A model generated the notes under the pieces. The model worked only from the letters and a program-made list of their open reading frames with translations. It did not search any database and had not been told where the DNA came from. A stretch of 64,000 nucleotides of DNA from a virus. The stretch lies in IMG/VR virus record IMGVR_UViG_3300044811_000050; one strand, 5' to 3'. A program made the position numbers and the translations under genes. Of the stretch, positions 49,995-59,175 are shown piece by piece (position 1 is the stretch's first letter; every line of letters begins with the position of its first letter).

Positions 49995-50930
49995 ATGTCC
50001 CGTCCCGCGCTCGCCGCCCTCGCGGAGCAGCAGCAACTGATCAATGCCCAGGCCCAGAGGATCACCGCCCAGGACCGCCAGCTCGCGGCCCAGAGCCAGA
50101 TCATCGGGCAGTTCAAGCGAGCCTTCGCCAGCCAGCGCAACGAGATCGTCGCGCTCGGTCGGGGGCTGCGGGCCATCGCCCAGGCGGCCGGCATCGAGGG
50201 CCATGTGCGCACCGCGATGCTGCGTACCGCCGACGAGCAGAACCCGGCCGAGCCGGTGCCCGAGCCGCCGGCCGTGCCGCCGACCCAGACCACCCAGGAC
50301 GCCAAGACCCCGGAGGCCTTCGGCGACGTGCAGGCGCCGGGGTTGGTGCCGGGCTCGACTAACGACGTGGCGGCGGACGCGACCAGCACCGTCTACACCC
50401 CGGGGGACGACATCCCGGGCCCGGCGGTGAAGAACCTCCAGGACGTCACCGCCCCGGTGGACGGCACCCAGAACCCCCGGCCGCTGAACGAGGTGCGCAC
50501 CCTGACCGACGTGCGGGTGGGTGACCCGATGAACCCGCAGACGGCGTTCCCGCTGCGTGGTGACTTCGCCAACGCCCAGCGGCTGGGGGCCAAGGAGGCC
50601 GCCGGCAACCGCACCATGGCCGCGCTGCGACTGGCTCGGCTGCGGATGCAGGCCGGGGTGGCCCAGGGTGACTCCGACTTCGAGGTGGCCGCCGGCATCG
50701 AGCGGGACGCCGCGATGACCACCGAGACGATCGAGGCCGAGATCAGGACCCTGGACGGGGTCAGCAAGGCCGCCGCCGCCAAGCAACAGCGCCCGGCTGG
50801 TCTGGTGCCCCGCGCGGCTTCGGCCAACGGCGGGCGCAGCGTGCCGTCCATGCAGCAGGTGACCGCCGGCAACGGCGGCGCGGCGGCCACCGACGACGAC
50901 GTGGCCGACGCGGACCTGTTCCTGAGCTGA
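49995..50930 (+). CDS. putative scaffolding protein
   Basis: coiled-coil N-terminus; position between protease and capsid genes. Confidence 0.55.
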   Translation: MSRPALAALAEQQQLINAQAQRITAQDRQLAAQSQIIGQFKRAFASQRNEIVALGRGLRAIAQAAGIEGHVRTAMLRTADEQNPAEPVPEPPAVPPTQTTQDAKTPEAFGDVQAPGLVPGSTNDVAADATSTVYTPGDDIPGPAVKNLQDVTAPVDGTQNPRPLNEVRTLTDVRVGDPMNPQTAFPLRGDFANAQRLGAKEAAGNRTMAALRLARLRMQAGVAQGDSDFEVAAGIERDAAMTTETIEAEIRTLDGVSKAAAAKQQRPAGLVPRAASANGGRSVPSMQQVTAGNGGAAATDDDVADADLFLS

Positions 50931-50972
50931 GCTTGCCCCCTCCCCTCCCGGACCCGGGGGAGGGAGCGACGG

Positions 50973-51009
50973 GGACCCCGGTCGTATCGCCCGACGGCCG
51001 GGGTCCTTT
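50973..51009 (+). terminator. intrinsic terminator-like hairpin
   Basis: GGACCCCGGTCGT/ACGGCCGGGGTCC then TTT. Confidence 0.6.
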
Positions 51010-51015
51010 CCATCT

Positions 51016-51519
51016 CTAGGCAACAGCCTGGGCGCGGGCCGCTTCGATGTAGTCGGCCAGCGCGCGCAGCACGTCCACGTTGTCTGCCAAAAGCCCGATG
51101 GCGCGGTTGCAGTTCGGGCAGAGAATGCCTCGGTTCACGTTGGTCTCATGGCAATGATCAACGGGGAACCGTTTTCCTTCAGCGCGCGAGCGAGGGATCG
51201 CTCTACCGCACTTGCACTTCCACTCCTGGGCAGCCGCCATCTCGTCGTACTCCTCGGGCGTGATGCCGTAGGCCTTCAGCAAGGCCTTCCGCTGGGCATA
51301 CCCCTCGGTACGAGCGTGGTAGTCCTTCTGCCAGGCCGTATATCGCTCCCTGTGACCTGGCTGTTGACGACGAGCCAGCTCTCTGCGCACCGCCGCCGTT
51401 CCGCAACGGAACGACCCCGACCGGCCGTCACTTTTCACCTTGACCGGGCCACAGCTCGCGCAGACCGCTGTCCGCGCTTCCCGGTTCAGCTCCGAGAGCC
51501 GATGGACGTGTTTTCCCAT
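51016..51519 (-). CDS. endonuclease VII-family (homing) endonuclease
   Basis: YGITPEEYDEM..Q..KC, VDHCHET..NRGILCPNCNRAIGLLADN. Confidence 0.9.
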   Translation of the reverse strand: MGKHVHRLSELNREARTAVCASCGPVKVKSDGRSGSFRCGTAAVRRELARRQQPGHRERYTAWQKDYHARTEGYAQRKALLKAYGITPEEYDEMAAAQEWKCKCGRAIPRSRAEGKRFPVDHCHETNVNRGILCPNCNRAIGLLADNVDVLRALADYIEAARAQAVA

Positions 51520-51566
51520 GAGGCCGAATATAACGGCCGAATGTCACGGCTTGATCACAAGGGCGG

Positions 51567-51609
51567 TCCTGTCATTTTTGTCCCGAGACCCCGGCTAAGA
51601 GGTGAAGGG
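51567..51609 (+). promoter_or_regulatory. late promoter motif upstream of capsid genes
   Basis: TCCTGTC-N23-AAGAGGTGAAGGG. Confidence 0.7.
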
Positions 51610-51662
51610 ACAGGGCACTCCAGAAGGGGCCCTCCGCATTCTCGGAGAATGGAGGAAGAAAA

Positions 51663-52178
51663 GTGCTCCGAGTGCCACTTAACAAGTCCTACATTAAGCG
51701 GACTATCCGTCCATTGTATGGATGGACCCAGGCGACCCCGAAGAGTCAGTTCATCGACCCGGCGTGGAACAGCGCGGTAGATATCTACCCGGGCATGGTG
51801 ATGATGAAGACCGTCGGGGAGTCGGTGTCGCTGATCGACGCGGTCGGCAAGCCGATGGGCCTCGCCGCGTTCTACATGGCGCCGGTCTACGGCATCGACG
51901 AGATCACCGAGCAGGGCGTCAACGCCGCTGCGGTGTGGGTGCTGGACCCAGACGCGGAGTTCGAGGTGCTGGACCCGGCCTTCGACAGCACGTTGTCCTG
52001 GGTGGAGCCCACCGACGGCACCACGCTGCTGATCGGTGCCTACACCTCCGGCGCGAAGCGCGGCCGACTGTGCCCGATGGGTACCGCCGGCGCGACCGCC
52101 AAGGCCGTCGCCAAGCTGATCAAGGTCAGCTCGGCGACCAAGATCACTATCGGTGGTCTTTCGCCGAGCGATCTCTAA
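51663..52178 (+). CDS. capsid decoration / minor head protein
   Basis: directly precedes MCP; IYPGMVM, beta-rich. Confidence 0.6.
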   Translation: MLRVPLNKSYIKRTIRPLYGWTQATPKSQFIDPAWNSAVDIYPGMVMMKTVGESVSLIDAVGKPMGLAAFYMAPVYGIDEITEQGVNAAAVWVLDPDAEFEVLDPAFDSTLSWVEPTDGTTLLIGAYTSGAKRGRLCPMGTAGATAKAVAKLIKVSSATKITIGGLSPSDL

Positions 52179-52206
52179 CCCACAACCAGCGAAGAGGAGG
52201 AAGTAC

Positions 52207-53193
52207 ATGAGCGCACCTGTCCTCGCTGGTGGGGGTTTGAGGCCCCGGCAGGCGAAGAAGAGCGACGACTACGTCAGCAAGATCCTTGCGCGGCAGCAGA
52301 ACGGCCAGGGCCTCACCCACGAGGGCAAGGTCGACAAGATGGCCCTGATCCTCTCCGACGAGGTCAGCGGCATCAAGCGGCTCGGCGTGGGCATGATCGG
52401 CCCGATCCAGCTGAAGCTGCGTTACCAGGGCATCACCCGCAACGTGCTGATCGAGGACCCGGTCACCCCCGGTACCCCGGTCGAGTACGACGTGTGGGAC
52501 GACCTGGGCCAGGCCTACATCATGTCGGGCCACGAGGGTGAAGTTCGGATCACGCCCTTCGAGGGCAAGCGCGTCCCGGTGCGGTTCTTCCGCATCGCCT
52601 CGCGCCCGGCGATCCGCAAGGAGGACCTGCTCTACCTGCGCATCAACGCGGTCGAGCAGGCCCAGGACGAGACCAAGCAGGCGATCCTCAAGCAGGAGGA
52701 CGCCCGGCTGATGGTGCTGCTCCAGGCGGCGGTGAACGACTACGCCACCCGGGCCGACCACATCGTCACGCCCAACCACAACGTCACGGAGACCTCGGGC
52801 TACTACACCCCGGCGTCGCTCTACACCGCCGTGGCGCAGACGGACATGCACGAGCTTCAGTCCGCCCGGCTGATGGTCAACCCGTATGACTACCGGGACT
52901 TCTTCCGGTGGGACATCAACACCACCGGCTGGGCCTTCAAGGACCGCGTGGTGGCCGGCGAGACCATCACCACGTTCGGCGAATTCCAGATCCAGCGCTC
53001 GATCATGGTCCCGCAGAAGACGATGTTCCTGACGCCGGAGCCGAACTTCCTGGGTGTCTTCCCGGTTCTCTACTCCCTGGACGTGGAGGAGAACCACAAC
53101 GTGGAGGCGTTCTGGAAGGGCTGGGTCTTCGACGAGATGGTGTCGATGGCGATCCTCAATCCGAGAGGAATTGCCACCATCACGAAGCCCTGA
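52207..53193 (+). CDS. major capsid protein (HK97-like, Bxz1 type)
   Basis: MIGPIQLKLRYQGITRNVL..DP, C-terminal KGWVFDEMVSMAILNPRGI; strong SD. Confidence 0.9.
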   Translation: MSAPVLAGGGLRPRQAKKSDDYVSKILARQQNGQGLTHEGKVDKMALILSDEVSGIKRLGVGMIGPIQLKLRYQGITRNVLIEDPVTPGTPVEYDVWDDLGQAYIMSGHEGEVRITPFEGKRVPVRFFRIASRPAIRKEDLLYLRINAVEQAQDETKQAILKQEDARLMVLLQAAVNDYATRADHIVTPNHNVTETSGYYTPASLYTAVAQTDMHELQSARLMVNPYDYRDFFRWDINTTGWAFKDRVVAGETITTFGEFQIQRSIMVPQKTMFLTPEPNFLGVFPVLYSLDVEENHNVEAFWKGWVFDEMVSMAILNPRGIATITKP

Positions 53194-53700
53194 TCAACTC
53201 AGGTGACCCCACCGCTTCCTGGTGACGATCCGAGACACCTGGGACTGCGCGATCCCGTAGACGGCGGCGAGGGCCTTCTGGCTCTCGCCGCCGTTCGCGT
53301 ACCGATGGATCAGCTCTCGGACCAGGGTCTCAGTCATTACAGCGGCGGGGTTCTTGGCGCCATTCATGACAGTTCCATGGGCAATCTTGTCGAACTGATT
53401 GTCTGAGGGCGTTCCCCAGCGGAGATTGGAGCGAGCGTTGTGAGAGGGATCCCCGTCACGGTGCCGGGCCTCCTCGCCCCTTCGCCGAGGTCTGTCAAAG
53501 GCATCCAGTACGAGCTTGTGCACCGTCACCGTGCGCCGGACACCTCGACCAGACAGCACGACGATCCGGTATCCCTTCGGCATCACGCCGGGGGTGAGTC
53601 TTCGCTTGGTCGACGTGCGGCGCACCAGTCCGAGATCGCACACCTCGTACAAGTCTTCGAAGTCGCGTTCCACAACCGGGCGCCAAGTTTCTTTAATCAT
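53194..53700 (-). CDS. NUMOD4-HNH homing endonuclease
   Basis: ETWRPV..YEV.DLG.VR (NUMOD4), VHKLVLDAF, RHRDGDPSHNARSNLRWGTPSDN. Confidence 0.9.
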   Translation of the reverse strand: MIKETWRPVVERDFEDLYEVCDLGLVRRTSTKRRLTPGVMPKGYRIVVLSGRGVRRTVTVHKLVLDAFDRPRRRGEEARHRDGDPSHNARSNLRWGTPSDNQFDKIAHGTVMNGAKNPAAVMTETLVRELIHRYANGGESQKALAAVYGIAQSQVSRIVTRKRWGHLS

Positions 53701-53738
53701 GCGGGGAATAGTACCGCACATCATTCACGGAGGACGGA

Positions 53739-54110
53739 ATGGCCCACAGCGTTCGTACCAACCTGCCACTCACCCAGCTCCCGCTCGGTAGCGGGTCCGC
53801 CACCCAACGCGTTGAAGCGGTTGACACCGTAGTGCTGCTGACCGACGACGAGTTCGCTCGGCTGCCCAGCAACGTCTTCTCCAACGGCACGCTTGATGAT
53901 CTCGGCGCGCTGCCCTCTAGCGGCGACGCGGTGACCGTCCAGTCGGCGGTGGTAGCCGCCCCGGCCGCGCTCACCTCCTCCGTCGCCGTCGCGGCGCCCA
54001 CCAAGGCCGAGTACGACGCGCTGCGCGCCGACGTCTCCGCGTTGCGCACCACCGTGGCGAACCTGCTGGTGGCGCTCAAGGGCACCGGCCTGCCGATGTC
54101 GCCGACCTGA
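53739..54110 (+). CDS. head fibre-like small virion protein
   Basis: AAPTKAEYDALRAD..LL.ALK..G C-terminus typical of head fibres. Confidence 0.55.
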   Translation: MAHSVRTNLPLTQLPLGSGSATQRVEAVDTVVLLTDDEFARLPSNVFSNGTLDDLGALPSSGDAVTVQSAVVAAPAALTSSVAVAAPTKAEYDALRADVSALRTTVANLLVALKGTGLPMSPT

Positions 54111-54156
54111 TCGGAGCCGTGAGATCGCGGGGTTGTCATAGCGGAGGGCCGGTGGA

Positions 54157-56019
54157 ATGACCAAGCACGACACCCCCGTTGTCCTGCTGCCCGGCGCGGC
54201 GCCCACCGGCCCTACCCACGCCACACCCAAGTCCTACGTGGACACCCGGGCCGCGCCGGCCGGCGGCACCCTCGGGCAGGCCCTCACCAAGAACAGCTCC
54301 ACCGACTACGACTACAGCTGGGTCGCCATCGGTGGCGGGTCGCCGAGCGGGGCGGCCGGCGGCAGCCTGGCCGGCACCTACCCCAACCCCACCATCGCGG
54401 CCGGGGTGATCGACGGCGCCGCCATCGCCTCGGCCATCAAGGACGCCGCCGCCGCCACCGCGTCGCTGCGCACCCTGGGCACCGGCCCGACCCAGGCGGC
54501 GGCCGGCAACGACGGCCGGCTCACCGATGCCCGGACCCCGCTCGCGCACGCGTCCAGCCATGCTTCCGGCGGCTCGGACGCGATCACTCCGGCGGCCATC
54601 GGGGCCGCCCCGCGACTCACCGTCACCGCCGTCAAGACGGCCGACTACACCGCCGTGGCCGGGGACTACGTGCTCGTGGACGCCTCGGGGGCATCCCGCA
54701 CGGTGACCCTGCCGGCCGCCGCCGTCGGGCTGGCCATCGGAGTCCGGAAGACCGACACCAGCGCCAACACGGTCACCGTCGCGCCGAACGGTTCCGACAC
54801 CTTCCAGGGCGGCGCGTCGGCCAACCCGGTGATCCGGATCCAGGACGGGTCCCGCACCCTCATCGGGGTCTCCGGTGGCTGGGTGACCATGGAGCAGTAC
54901 CGGGCCGCCACCACCACCACGGACGGCGCGATCGTCCTGGCCGGTGACCTGGGCGGCACGGCTGTCTCGCCCACCGTGCCGGGCCTGGCCGGCAAGCAGG
55001 CGTCGAGCGCCCACCTGTCCGCCATCTCGGGACTCACCCCGGTAGCCAACGACACCCTCCAGTACAAGGCCGGTGCCTGGGCCAACCGGACCATGGCGCA
55101 GCTGAAGTCCGACCTGGCCCTGGTGGCCGGGGACATCACCTCCGGCACGTTCGCCATCGGCCAGATCCCCACCGGCACCACGTCGACCACGGTGCCGCTG
55201 GGCAACGACGCGCGGCTCTCCGACGCCCGGACCCCCACCGCGCACGCCAGCTCGCACGCGGTCGGCGGCGGCGACGTGCTCACCCCCTCCGCCATCGGCG
55301 CGTTCCCCAAGCTGACCCCGACCGCTAACAAGACCTCGGCCTACACGGCGGTGGACGGCGACCTGGTGATGTGCGACGACACCGGTGGCTCGTTCACCGT
55401 CACGTTGCCGGCGGCCACCCTCGGCAGGGTGGTCGGGATCAAGAAGTTGGCCAGCTCCAGCAACACGGTCACCATCTCCCGCGCCGGCACCGACACCATC
55501 GGCGCGGCGGCGGCCACCTCGGTCTCCGTCAAGCTGACCGACGAGACGACCACGCTGCAATGCAGCGCGACGGGGGTCTGGACACCGGTCTGGAACTGGA
55601 TCTCCCTGCCGGGGATGGACGCCCGGTATGGCCGCCTGAGTGGCGCCACCACATGGACCGCCGTTCAGACGTTCTCCACGGCGATCATCAACACCCCGGT
55701 GGTGCTCACCGACGCGGCCACCGTGGCGATCAACGCCGCGCTGGGCAACCACTTCCGGCTGACCGCGACCTCGGGCATCGGTGCCACCCGGGCCCTCGGC
55801 GCGCCGACCAACGCCGCGGATGGCCAGAAGATCTTGATTGAGTATGTCCAGGATGGCACCGGCTCGCGGGCATTGACCTTTAACGCGATCTACAACTTCG
55901 GCACCGATGTGGCTTCCCCGACATTGAGCACCGCCGCGAGCAAGCGGGACTACATGGGGTTTGTCTACAACGGCACATCCTCCAAGTGGGACCTCATCGC
56001 CGTGGCCCGGGGGTACTGA
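54157..56019 (+). CDS. fibre protein with internal domain duplication
   Basis: two copies of GND.RL.DARTP.AHASSHA.GG.D..KT..YTAV.GD....D..G...TVTLPAA (~54505-54880 and ~55200-55590). Confidence 0.7.
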   Translation: MTKHDTPVVLLPGAAPTGPTHATPKSYVDTRAAPAGGTLGQALTKNSSTDYDYSWVAIGGGSPSGAAGGSLAGTYPNPTIAAGVIDGAAIASAIKDAAAATASLRTLGTGPTQAAAGNDGRLTDARTPLAHASSHASGGSDAITPAAIGAAPRLTVTAVKTADYTAVAGDYVLVDASGASRTVTLPAAAVGLAIGVRKTDTSANTVTVAPNGSDTFQGGASANPVIRIQDGSRTLIGVSGGWVTMEQYRAATTTTDGAIVLAGDLGGTAVSPTVPGLAGKQASSAHLSAISGLTPVANDTLQYKAGAWANRTMAQLKSDLALVAGDITSGTFAIGQIPTGTTSTTVPLGNDARLSDARTPTAHASSHAVGGGDVLTPSAIGAFPKLTPTANKTSAYTAVDGDLVMCDDTGGSFTVTLPAATLGRVVGIKKLASSSNTVTISRAGTDTIGAAAATSVSVKLTDETTTLQCSATGVWTPVWNWISLPGMDARYGRLSGATTWTAVQTFSTAIINTPVVLTDAATVAINAALGNHFRLTATSGIGATRALGAPTNAADGQKILIEYVQDGTGSRALTFNAIYNFGTDVASPTLSTAASKRDYMGFVYNGTSSKWDLIAVARGY

Positions 56020-56022
56020 CCG

Positions 56023-56721
56023 GTGGCCGTCGCGTTCGGCTCCGTGGGCAGCTATCCCGCCAGCCCGTTCACCGCCGCGCCTGCCACCAGCATGGCGGTG
56101 CCCTATCCCAGCGGGATCGTGGCTAACGAGCCGTTGCTGCTGGTCGCGCTGAACAACAACCCATCGGGCACCACGACCTTCACCACGCCCGGCACCTGGT
56201 TGCTGAAGGAATCCGGCACAGCGATCAATAATGACCTTTCGGCCTACGTGTGGGTCAAGCAAGCGGTGGGGACGGAATCGGGCACGTTGACCGTGACCGC
56301 ATCGCAAAGCTCGATCTTGGCTGGCGCCATCGTGCGCTATACCGGCGCGGCGGCGGCCTCGTTCGGAGACACCGCGAGCGCGGTTAGCGCTAGCGCTGGC
56401 ACGGGTTCGCCACCCGCCGGCACGCTCAGCCCGGCACCTGGCGCGAGCGACATGGTGGTCCGCTTCTACTGCTGGTCCGAGGACAGCGCGTCTACCGGCG
56501 CGACGATGACTAACCCGGGCGGTACCTGGACTACCCGACTGAACCTGGTCACCAATAACTCCAGCAACTTCAACGGCGGACTAGTAATCGCCGACAAGAT
56601 CGCCGGCACAGACAACCAGACGGTGAGCACCAACTCCAAGAGTGGCGGCTGGCTGGTGGTGGACGTAGCGATCAAGCCCGCCGCCACCGCCACCGACAAG
56701 TTCATGCCGTTTTTCGTGTGA
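56023..56721 (+). CDS. Ser/Thr/Gly-rich virion (fibre-associated) protein
   Basis: beta-rich composition; follows fibre gene. Confidence 0.6.
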   Translation: MAVAFGSVGSYPASPFTAAPATSMAVPYPSGIVANEPLLLVALNNNPSGTTTFTTPGTWLLKESGTAINNDLSAYVWVKQAVGTESGTLTVTASQSSILAGAIVRYTGAAAASFGDTASAVSASAGTGSPPAGTLSPAPGASDMVVRFYCWSEDSASTGATMTNPGGTWTTRLNLVTNNSSNFNGGLVIADKIAGTDNQTVSTNSKSGGWLVVDVAIKPAATATDKFMPFFV

Positions 56722-56735
56722 GGAGACAATCGACC

Positions 56736-57251
56736 ATGGGCAATCCATTCACGTTTAATACTGAGGATTTTTCTAACAACATAGCTGAATGGGGACCGGG
56801 ACGCGCCATTTATCTTGTACCGCCAGCGACAGGTCCTGGCGTCTCCTTAAAACAACTTACGATCGACTGCCCGATTGATCCCACTCGTCTGGCTTGGAAT
56901 CCCGTACTGAGCGCAGGTGTAAAACTTGGTACAAGCGTTCCAGATCTTTCAGGGTTTTTGGGGCCATTCAGCCCATTTCCGATGCACAGCGGCGCAATGA
57001 CGCCTGCCACCCAGGTGTATTTTGGTCCATTAATCAGTCATTTTAATCCATACATTCTTACTCTACAGGCAACCCCCGATATGAATGCTAGCCGTATCTT
57101 GCTCGACTTTACCAGGGTCGGTAACTTTCGAGCGGAGCCCGGCCATTATATGGCTATCCAATTTATGCCTGGGATATCTGGCGAGGGAGACGGTCAGAAC
57201 AACCTCTGGTTGTTCGACGGCTTCCGGGGACAGTTCTATCTGGACGAGTAG
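56736..57251 (+). CDS. low-GC hypothetical protein
   Basis: AGGAG SD; visibly AT-richer codons than flanks. Confidence 0.6.
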   Translation: MGNPFTFNTEDFSNNIAEWGPGRAIYLVPPATGPGVSLKQLTIDCPIDPTRLAWNPVLSAGVKLGTSVPDLSGFLGPFSPFPMHSGAMTPATQVYFGPLISHFNPYILTLQATPDMNASRILLDFTRVGNFRAEPGHYMAIQFMPGISGEGDGQNNLWLFDGFRGQFYLDE

Positions 57252-57267
57252 GGGCTTCTTGGGTTCA

Positions 57268-57309
57268 TCCTGTCTTGCTTTCTCCGATCCCCGGAGAAGA
57301 GGTGAAGGG
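57268..57309 (+). promoter_or_regulatory. late promoter motif
   Basis: TCCTGTC-N22-AAGAGGTGAAGGG. Confidence 0.7.
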
Positions 57310-57328
57310 TCCGAACTGAGGAGAACAA

Positions 57329-58388
57329 ATGGCGACACCCACGATGGTGCGAAACACCGCAGCGGGACCAACCGTGTTCAGCGACCGGGGCGAAGCGGTG
57401 GAATGGGCCGGTGCGAACGATCCCATGGGCGGGGATCTTCAGCCGGTCCCAGATTCATTCCTGGACAGCGTGCAGTTCCACCGGATGACGGCCCGGGGCA
57501 TCCTCGTGGTCGAGCAGGCCGAGGAGGCCGTGGCCGCAGCGTTGGCCGCGCACCGGGCCGACTGGGAGCAGCGGCTGGCCAACCAGCGCAACGCCAGCGC
57601 GGCGGCGATCGACGAGGCGCCCCGCAACGACTCGTTGGTCAAGACGTGCATCGGCCCTTCCGGGAAGGGTATGGACCAGCTCTGCGGGGTAGACGTTCCT
57701 ATCAAGGCCGCGAAGCTGGCCGAGCAGCCCCCGCTCTGTTCCGCGCACAGCGGCATGGCGGGTCAGTTCATCGCCCAAGAGAGCGATCGAATTGTCGATG
57801 GGAAACCAGAGGTTGTCTGGCTCAAGGCCGGTATGGCGGCCCCCGCTAGGCAGGACTAAGGACAAGGAGACCGAGATCATGGCCGAGAAGACTTCCACCC
57901 CCGAGCTGAGCGACCTGGTCAAGCCAGCGCCGGATCGCTACGTCGAGGACGAGAGCTACCTGCCCAACCCGTACTTCCAGTACGGCACGGTGGACACCTC
58001 CGACACCGCCGGGGGCGCGCACCAGTCCGTCGCCGAGGTGTCCCCGGTGTTCGCGCTGGCTCGCGCGGCAAACCTGGTCACGGCCGCGCGGGCGCTGGAC
58101 CCTGAGGACGATGGCGTGGGCGCTGAGCTGGTCACCCTGCCGGAGAGCACCACCACCGTGGTCGGCCCGGCCAAGACCGCCGACGAGGCCCGCGAGGAGG
58201 TCGCCACCGCGCTGAGCACGCTGGCGGCGGATCCGGTGTTGCTGGGTGGCCCGACCGAGCAGCAGAAGCTGGCCGCCGAAGAGCGCGACGACGAGGAGGA
58301 CTCGGGGGTCACCACGACCACCGCGCCCAACCGCGCCACCACTTCGACGACCGCCAGCACCACCCGGCCGTCGCGCGCCAGCAAGTAG
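57329..58388 (+). CDS. two virion-region proteins (57329-57859, 57879-58388)
   Basis: strong SD sites, codon bias. Confidence 0.7.
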
Positions 58389-58417
58389 CCCCACCACCTC
58401 AATCGGCTACCGCCGAT

Positions 58418-58460
58418 CAACGAACCGCACGGGTCCAGCCGCGTCCCGTGCGGTTCGTTG
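58418..58460 (+). terminator. perfect 16-bp hairpin, terminator-like
   Basis: CAACGAACCGCACGGG/CCCGTGCGGTTCGTTG. Confidence 0.6.
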
Positions 58461-58462
58461 TG

Positions 58463-58504
58463 TCCTGTCCCCATTCCGGCCAGGCCGCTGGAAGAAGTGA
58501 AGGG
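58463..58504 (+). promoter_or_regulatory. late promoter motif
   Basis: TCCTGTC-N22-AAGAAGTGAAGGG. Confidence 0.7.
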
Positions 58505-58521
58505 CTGATGGAAGGACCGGG

Positions 58522-59175
58522 ATGACCGCTAGCAAGACTTCTCGCTTGGCTTTGATGAGTCCGGTCGGTTCGGACGCTTTTGCGACGGCGGATTTCGCCA
58601 CCACATTCGGCATTCTTGACACAAACCCCGGGATTCTTCCGGTACCGAATGCGGCGAGCCGGCCCGTCAACTACACCGCCGCGCAGCACGGGTCGCTGGT
58701 CTACCAGACCGATCTGAACATCGTCTGGAGCTGGAACCAGCCCACCTCGGGCTCGGCCGGGTCCTGGCGGCGGGTCGGCTGCGCCGGGTTGCTCGGTCAG
58801 TCCGCCGCGTCCGGCCTGGTGACCACCACCACGACGAACTACTCGACCGGCGCCCAGGTGGCCGCGTTGACCGTGACCGTGCCCGGCGGCCGGCCGATCG
58901 CGGTCAACATCGACTGGGACGTGCTGGGCAACTACTACGTCAAGGCGGTGGCCTCCTACTGGGAGAACAACGTCCTGATCTCCTCCCGGACGTTCCTCGG
59001 CTACCAGCCGCCCAACGCCTCCGGTGGTCAATGGACCTTCGCTCGGGATGTCGCGCCTAACTCGGCGCTCACCCTGAACGCCAAGGTCACCGTGGCGGCC
59101 TTCAACGCCGCCCCCTCCAATGGTGGCGGCCAGACCAGCGCCCAGGGTGTGAGCCTCACTATCTGGGAGATCTGA
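58522..59175 (+). CDS. virion structural protein (minor tail/fibre-like)
   Basis: G.LVYQTD motif, beta-rich. Confidence 0.55.
   Translation: MTASKTSRLALMSPVGSDAFATADFATTFGILDTNPGILPVPNAASRPVNYTAAQHGSLVYQTDLNIVWSWNQPTSGSAGSWRRVGCAGLLGQSAASGLVTTTTTNYSTGAQVAALTVTVPGGRPIAVNIDWDVLGNYYVKAVASYWENNVLISSRTFLGYQPPNASGGQWTFARDVAPNSALTLNAKVTVAAFNAAPSNGGGQTSAQGVSLTIWEI

Noticed and set aside
54157-57251. Diversity-generating retroelement acting on fibre genes
   Set aside because: No reverse transcriptase and no adenine-specific template/variable repeat pair; the internal fibre repeat is an old domain duplication.
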